Assembly (NCBI GenBank): GCA_026396705.1
Contig: JAPLWE010000064.1
Coordinates: forward strand, 1-46,285
Direction: 5' to 3'
Length of the DNA: 46,285 bases
Origin: Candidatus Gribaldobacteria bacterium
GTDB lineage: Bacteria; Patescibacteriota; Minisyncoccia; Minisyncoccales; CG1-02-41-26
The position numbers were made by a program, and so were the translations under genes. The notes beneath the pieces were generated by a model. The model had not been told where the DNA came from, did not search any database, and saw nothing but the letters and a program-made list of their open reading frames with translations. Positions 42,181-46,285 of this stretch are shown one piece after another; position 1 is the stretch's first letter, and each line of letters starts with the position of its first letter.

Positions 42181-44607
42181 ATGAAAATCTTTTATATAAA
42201 ATTAAAAATTGTAGTTATAGCTTTTTTACTCATTGCTATTTTAGGTGGCGATATTGTTAATGCTTGTAGTTTTTCAAGTACTAACATCTATTCAACAGAA
42301 GATATGGACATATACTATCCGTCGGTAAAAAGCGAAAAACTTTCGAATGGTGAATACGGAATAGTTGGCGCAAGGTTAGGGCTAGAATATCTCTATCCTA
42401 TTTATTTGTCATTGAGCGGGAAAAAGATACCCTCCAAAGACATGGAAGCAAATCAACAAGTAGAGGACGATTGGATAAAAACTCGCGAGTTGTTTGTTGG
42501 GAACAATATTAAAGTTGATAGCTATCAAAGCGATAGCTATGGCTATTATACTAATTGTTTATCTGACGCTTTTTCAGTGGCAGCAAAAACTCTTAAAGAA
42601 AGAGCCAAAGTTTACAATAAAGAGGAATTAAAAACATGGATAAATGGCCAGGACGCTGTGTTTGCTAATTGTAGCAACAGTGCCCAAGTATATGGGGATT
42701 TTAGTAATAATATAAAAAAGTTTGAGAGATTAGGTGTGGTACAGAATTTTTTTAGGAAAATTAAAGTATTCTTTTTGAGTTTTTCTGCCAAGATTAAAAG
42801 TTTATTTTCGCGCAATAAAGGGCAAACAAGCGTTGCGCCTATAGCTAAAAATTTGTCATCCAACCAACTTCTTGTGTTCGATATGGAATATCAAGAGGCC
42901 GCTGCTTTGTTTTACAAAGGAAAGTTTGATGAGGCGATAGAGGAATTTAAAAAGATTTCCGAAAATAATCAACAACCATGGCGGGGATACGCTAAATTAG
43001 TGATAGGGAGGGCCTATATAAGAAAAGCTAATTTATTGCAAAAAGATGATTATAATTTTAGGCTATATTTCAGTGATGATTATAAGAAAGAAGAAAACAA
43101 ACCAATATTTGATTTATATAAAAATGCAAAAGAACAATTTACGGCAATTATCAACGACGAATCTTTAGCTTATTTGCACAGCGGATCTAGAGACCTTTTA
43201 AATTATGTTAATTTTAGGATTGACCCTAAAACTCGAATGAAAGATGGGGAGAATATTTTGCTTGATGCAAATTCCTCGCCTGAAGACATTGCAAAAAATT
43301 TAGATGACCTTTCTATAATTTCATATTATAATTTATATATAAATGCTTATGGGACACAATGGTTGTCTCAAAAGAATGAAGCTGTTTATAATGATTACAA
43401 AAGTTATATAGTTCAAGAAGGGGGAGATTTTCTAAAATGGGTTTTAGTGTGGTGGAGTAATGACAGCGACGAGCTATCTAATTTAGCAATTAAGAAATAT
43501 CAAGAAACAAATTCTCTTGCTTGGCTGGTTGCATCCTTAAAAATATTGAAGCCAAGTTATTCTATGGCAGATACAATACTTGCTGAAGCCGAAAAAATCA
43601 CAAAGGATTCTCCTGCTTATCTAACCATTAACTATTATCGAGCGAAGTACTTTTTAGAAAATAACGAAAAAGAAAAAGCTAAAACTATTGTAGATAATTT
43701 ATTAAAAGAAAGAGATTATTCAGACATGCCTGCGGTAGAAAATTATTTGGCGGATATACGCATGCAATCTTCTGTTAGCTTGGACGACGCATTACCCTTT
43801 ATGTATAGAAAAATAGTGGCTGTTATTGATGACTTTGCTCCTATAAGCATTTTAGATGGAAAAGATAGCGAAATGGACAGTAAGGCAGCTAGAGTATTTA
43901 ATGAGTATATACCTATAGATGAATGGGATAGATTGTTTTCCAAAGACAGCTTTTATCCACAGATATTAGAGGGGTTGAGATTAATAACATTCGTGCGAGC
44001 TTCAATATTGAATAGATTTGACATTGCGGATAATATGGCGACTCTCCTCGCGAAAAATAATAAAGATATAGAAAAAGAGCTTCACGATTATCTTAATACT
44101 CAAAACTCAGATGATAAAAAATATCTATCTGTTCTTTTCATGCTTAATCACCCGAATTTAGATGATACCATTAGTTATGCGTTACAAGGCGTGCCTATTT
44201 ACTCAAACAAAGGAAATTATTCTTACCATAGTAATTGGTGGTGTAGTTATCTTCCTACTGAAAGTGATTATTACAAAGAATATCGAGATAAATACAGCGT
44301 AGAGGTTATGAAATATTTAGTTTCTGAGCAAGATGCTAACAAGGCAAGCGTAGAAAGCGCAATTATAGATAGTCAGTTTCCTTCTAATTATTTTTCAGAA
44401 GTTGTTATTAACTATGCGTTAAAAAACCCTTTATATCCTGGTATTCCAGAGGCCTTGCATCTAGCTGTAGACTCGGCTAAGTTCGCTAGCTGTAGCAATG
44501 CAGAATCTGGCGCTTTATCTAAAAGGGCATACGACATACTTCATGATAATTATCCAGACAATGAATGGACTAAAGAAACACCTTATTGGTATGGTAATGA
44601 ATTCTAA
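42181..44607 (+). CDS. Large exported hypothetical protein, possible lipoprotein, with a TPR-like segment
   Basis: Signal peptide IVVIAFLLIAILGGDIVNAC, with Cys at a lipobox-like position. AALFYKGKFDEAIEEFKKI is TPR-like. 808 aa. Confidence 0.6.
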   Translation: MKIFYIKLKIVVIAFLLIAILGGDIVNACSFSSTNIYSTEDMDIYYPSVKSEKLSNGEYGIVGARLGLEYLYPIYLSLSGKKIPSKDMEANQQVEDDWIKTRELFVGNNIKVDSYQSDSYGYYTNCLSDAFSVAAKTLKERAKVYNKEELKTWINGQDAVFANCSNSAQVYGDFSNNIKKFERLGVVQNFFRKIKVFFLSFSAKIKSLFSRNKGQTSVAPIAKNLSSNQLLVFDMEYQEAAALFYKGKFDEAIEEFKKISENNQQPWRGYAKLVIGRAYIRKANLLQKDDYNFRLYFSDDYKKEENKPIFDLYKNAKEQFTAIINDESLAYLHSGSRDLLNYVNFRIDPKTRMKDGENILLDANSSPEDIAKNLDDLSIISYYNLYINAYGTQWLSQKNEAVYNDYKSYIVQEGGDFLKWVLVWWSNDSDELSNLAIKKYQETNSLAWLVASLKILKPSYSMADTILAEAEKITKDSPAYLTINYYRAKYFLENNEKEKAKTIVDNLLKERDYSDMPAVENYLADIRMQSSVSLDDALPFMYRKIVAVIDDFAPISILDGKDSEMDSKAARVFNEYIPIDEWDRLFSKDSFYPQILEGLRLITFVRASILNRFDIADNMATLLAKNNKDIEKELHDYLNTQNSDDKKYLSVLFMLNHPNLDDTISYALQGVPIYSNKGNYSYHSNWWCSYLPTESDYYKEYRDKYSVEVMKYLVSEQDANKASVESAIIDSQFPSNYFSEVVINYALKNPLYPGIPEALHLAVDSAKFASCSNAESGALSKRAYDILHDNYPDNEWTKETPYWYGNEF

Positions 44608-44624
44608 AATATTTTAATAAAAAG

Positions 44625-46285
44625 ATGAATACAAAAATAAAACAATTCGGGGTGGGGGTTTTGGCGGTATGTACTATGTCGGCTAGTTTTGGGTCGCCGG
44701 TGATGACATGGGCAGAGGGTAGTCAGAATAGTTTGCTGACGGTTTTAGAGCCGAGTAATTCGGCGAAGCCGTTGGTTTTGGATTTGAAAGACGGTTTGGA
44801 TGCGCAAAAGTTAATTGGAGAGCAATCTTTGGGTGAGGGCAAGCAGACCAGCGCGCTATCTGCGCCTGAGGCAAAGGTGAAATCATTTTCTCAAAAAACT
44901 TTGGAAAAATCAGGGTTTGAAACATCTGGCTTTGCGGTTTCTTCGGTTATTACTAACCCGATAATCACTGGTATTAGCTGGCTCAAGAATAATCAAAACA
45001 CCCCAGGCAGTTGGGGCCAAAACAGCCGAACCGCGCTGGTAGACACGGCTACGGTTTTGTCGGCTTTCCATTGCATTGCCGAGCCAACTTCCTCTGTTGC
45101 CTACCAAAACGCCCTTGATTGGTTTAACTTAACTTATCCGGAAAACTCTGGCTATTTAGCGGAAAAAACAATCGCTTTGGCGCAAGCTGGGCAAGATGTT
45201 GTTTCTTTGTCGGAATTTTTGGCTGGCCAAATCAATGAAAAAGATTTTGGTTTTGGCTATCAAAGAAATTATCAAAGCGATATCACCATCACCGCCAAGG
45301 CGCTGAAAGCTGTTACTGCGTCCAACTATATTGACCCGGGCAGTGATGCAACCTACACCTTGCGTTCAACCTTGTATTATCTTTTGCTGTCGCAAAATCC
45401 GGATGGGGGCTGGCCCAAAACCAGAGGCGGCCAAAGCGATGTCAAAACCACTGTTTTGGTTTTGGAGGCGTTTCAGCCATATCAAGATTTTGTTTTGGGG
45501 GGCACGCCTCAAGGCGAGATTATTATTCAAACCAAAATTGATTTGGGCCTAAATTATTTGAAGAATACACAAAGCGTCAACGGCAGTTGGCAAGATATTG
45601 AGGGCACAGCCCAGGTTTATAACATAATGCTGAATTACGGGCAATATCCAAATTACAATCAGGCGGCTCTTGATTATTTAACCTCGTCCCAATCAGCTGA
45701 CGGCAGTTTTAGCGAAAATAGCTATTTAACCGCCACTGCCCTAAAAACCATCGCCAAGCCGGACATGGCTATAACTAATATCCAAAATATTTCCGCTACC
45801 TTGCCCAACCAACCCGCCACTGTGGAGATTACCATTGCCAATCTTGGATATTTCAAATCCCAGCCAATTAATTTTAGGGTCGAGCCGCACGCTCTCCACT
45901 TAACTGTTGATGGCAAAGAAATACCTCTGCAATATGAAGCAGGTAATCCCGAGAGTATTATTTTTGAAGAAAATTCTACCATAGCTTTACAGGTTATTCT
46001 GTTAAATTTAGCTTACGGCGCCCACACCGTAAAATTTTCAGTGGATTATGTAGGAGCAGAGTTTGATAAAACCAACAATCAAAAAAGCGCGTCGTTGATG
46101 TTTGATAATCCGGTGTTCACCGGGCCCGAGCCGCCAACCTGGGCGGGCGCCCAAACAAGCGCGCTTGCCAATAAAATCACTACTGTTTGGAAGCCCAGCA
46201 ACAATCCCGCTACCACCCATTATTATTTATTTTTAGGGCCATCAGCCGGAAATTACACTCAATATTTTGATATTCCCAGCGCCTA
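44625..46285 (+). CDS. Exported protein with prenyltransferase/squalene-oxidase-type repeats followed by a CARDB-like domain (3' end outside window; not in the ORF track because it has no stop)
   Basis: I translated the frame from the ATG at 44625 to the window end without a stop. It starts with the signal peptide MNTKIKQFGVGVLAVCTMSASFGSPVMTWA. The repeats are SWLKNNQNTPGSWG, LLLSQNPDGGWP, YLKNTQSVNGSWQ and YLTSSQSADGSF. Then comes ITNIQNIS..ATVEITIANLG (CARDB-like). Confidence 0.75.
   Translation, partial: MNTKIKQFGVGVLAVCTMSASFGSPVMTWAEGSQNSLLTVLEPSNSAKPLVLDLKDGLDAQKLIGEQSLGEGKQTSALSAPEAKVKSFSQKTLEKSGFETSGFAVSSVITNPIITGISWLKNNQNTPGSWGQNSRTALVDTATVLSAFHCIAEPTSSVAYQNALDWFNLTYPENSGYLAEKTIALAQAGQDVVSLSEFLAGQINEKDFGFGYQRNYQSDITITAKALKAVTASNYIDPGSDATYTLRSTLYYLLLSQNPDGGWPKTRGGQSDVKTTVLVLEAFQPYQDFVLGGTPQGEIIIQTKIDLGLNYLKNTQSVNGSWQDIEGTAQVYNIMLNYGQYPNYNQAALDYLTSSQSADGSFSENSYLTATALKTIAKPDMAITNIQNISATLPNQPATVEITIANLGYFKSQPINFRVEPHALHLTVDGKEIPLQYEAGNPESIIFEENSTIALQVILLNLAYGAHTVKFSVDYVGAEFDKTNNQKSASLMFDNPVFTGPEPPTWAGAQTSALANKITTVWKPSNNPATTHYYLFLGPSAGNYTQYFDIPSA

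Noticed and set aside
44683-46220. Minus-strand ORFs at 44683..44925, 44910..45107, 45722..45982 and 46038..46220, plus the 45331..45552(+) ORF.
   Set aside because: A continuous plus-strand frame from 44625 to the window end has a signal peptide and repeated domain motifs and explains this region. These ORFs are off-frame or antisense.
1-46285. Searched by eye for transposases, integrases, IS-like terminal inverted repeats, tRNA/rRNA/tmRNA genes and reverse transcriptase/DGR signatures.
   Set aside because: None were recognised. The island-like regions therefore have no identifiable mobility gene within this window.

Overview
A 46.3-kb, AT-rich, tightly packed bacterial fragment. I found no rRNA, tRNA, CRISPR array, transposase or integrase. 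TGA is used as a normal stop, with many ATGA start/stop overlaps, so the code is standard. The gene style (small housekeeping genes interleaved with membrane-anchored surface proteins carrying PD40, FG-GAP-like, prenyltransferase-repeat and CARDB-like modules) suggests a small-genome, CPR/Patescibacteria-like organism; this is inference only. Layout: (i) 1-18.4 kb holds housekeeping genes (obg, typA) interleaved with a restriction/defence region. It contains a BcnI/MvaI-family type II endonuclease convergent with a DNA methyltransferase fused to a complete LexA repressor, a PIF1/RecD-like helicase, and a type I R-M operon. The type I HsdM carries a MerR-type HTH, and five accessory genes are wedged between hsdM, hsdS and hsdR (NYN nuclease, DinD, DUF4145-like, AAA ATPase, DUF45 peptidase). 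(ii) 18.5-29.4 kb holds infA, an amino-acid dehydrogenase, a HAD hydrolase, a P-type ATPase, an esterase, an acyl-CoA ligase, a SAM methyltransferase, and a second COG1373-type ATPase coupled to a NUDIX gene followed by a decayed NUDIX copy. The 5' end of the P-type ATPase gene is duplicated around an inserted acidic-protein cassette. (iii) 29.5-34.8 kb is a more AT-rich four-gene metabolic islet: an FGGY-like kinase, a Gfo/Idh/MocA oxidoreductase, an APH-like kinase fused to CYTH, and an Ldh_2 dehydrogenase. (iv) 34.8-46.3 kb is a run of exported or anchored proteins. These include a 1,115-aa transglutaminase-like protein whose catalytic Cys position reads Asp, and an in-phase G_GGA_AAA -1 frameshift heptamer joining two ORFs. 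The most novel-looking items are the LexA-methyltransferase R-M module, with operator-like repeats on its own promoter, and the NYN/DinD/DUF4145 block inside the type I R-M operon. All family calls rest on motif recognition by eye; no database search was run.
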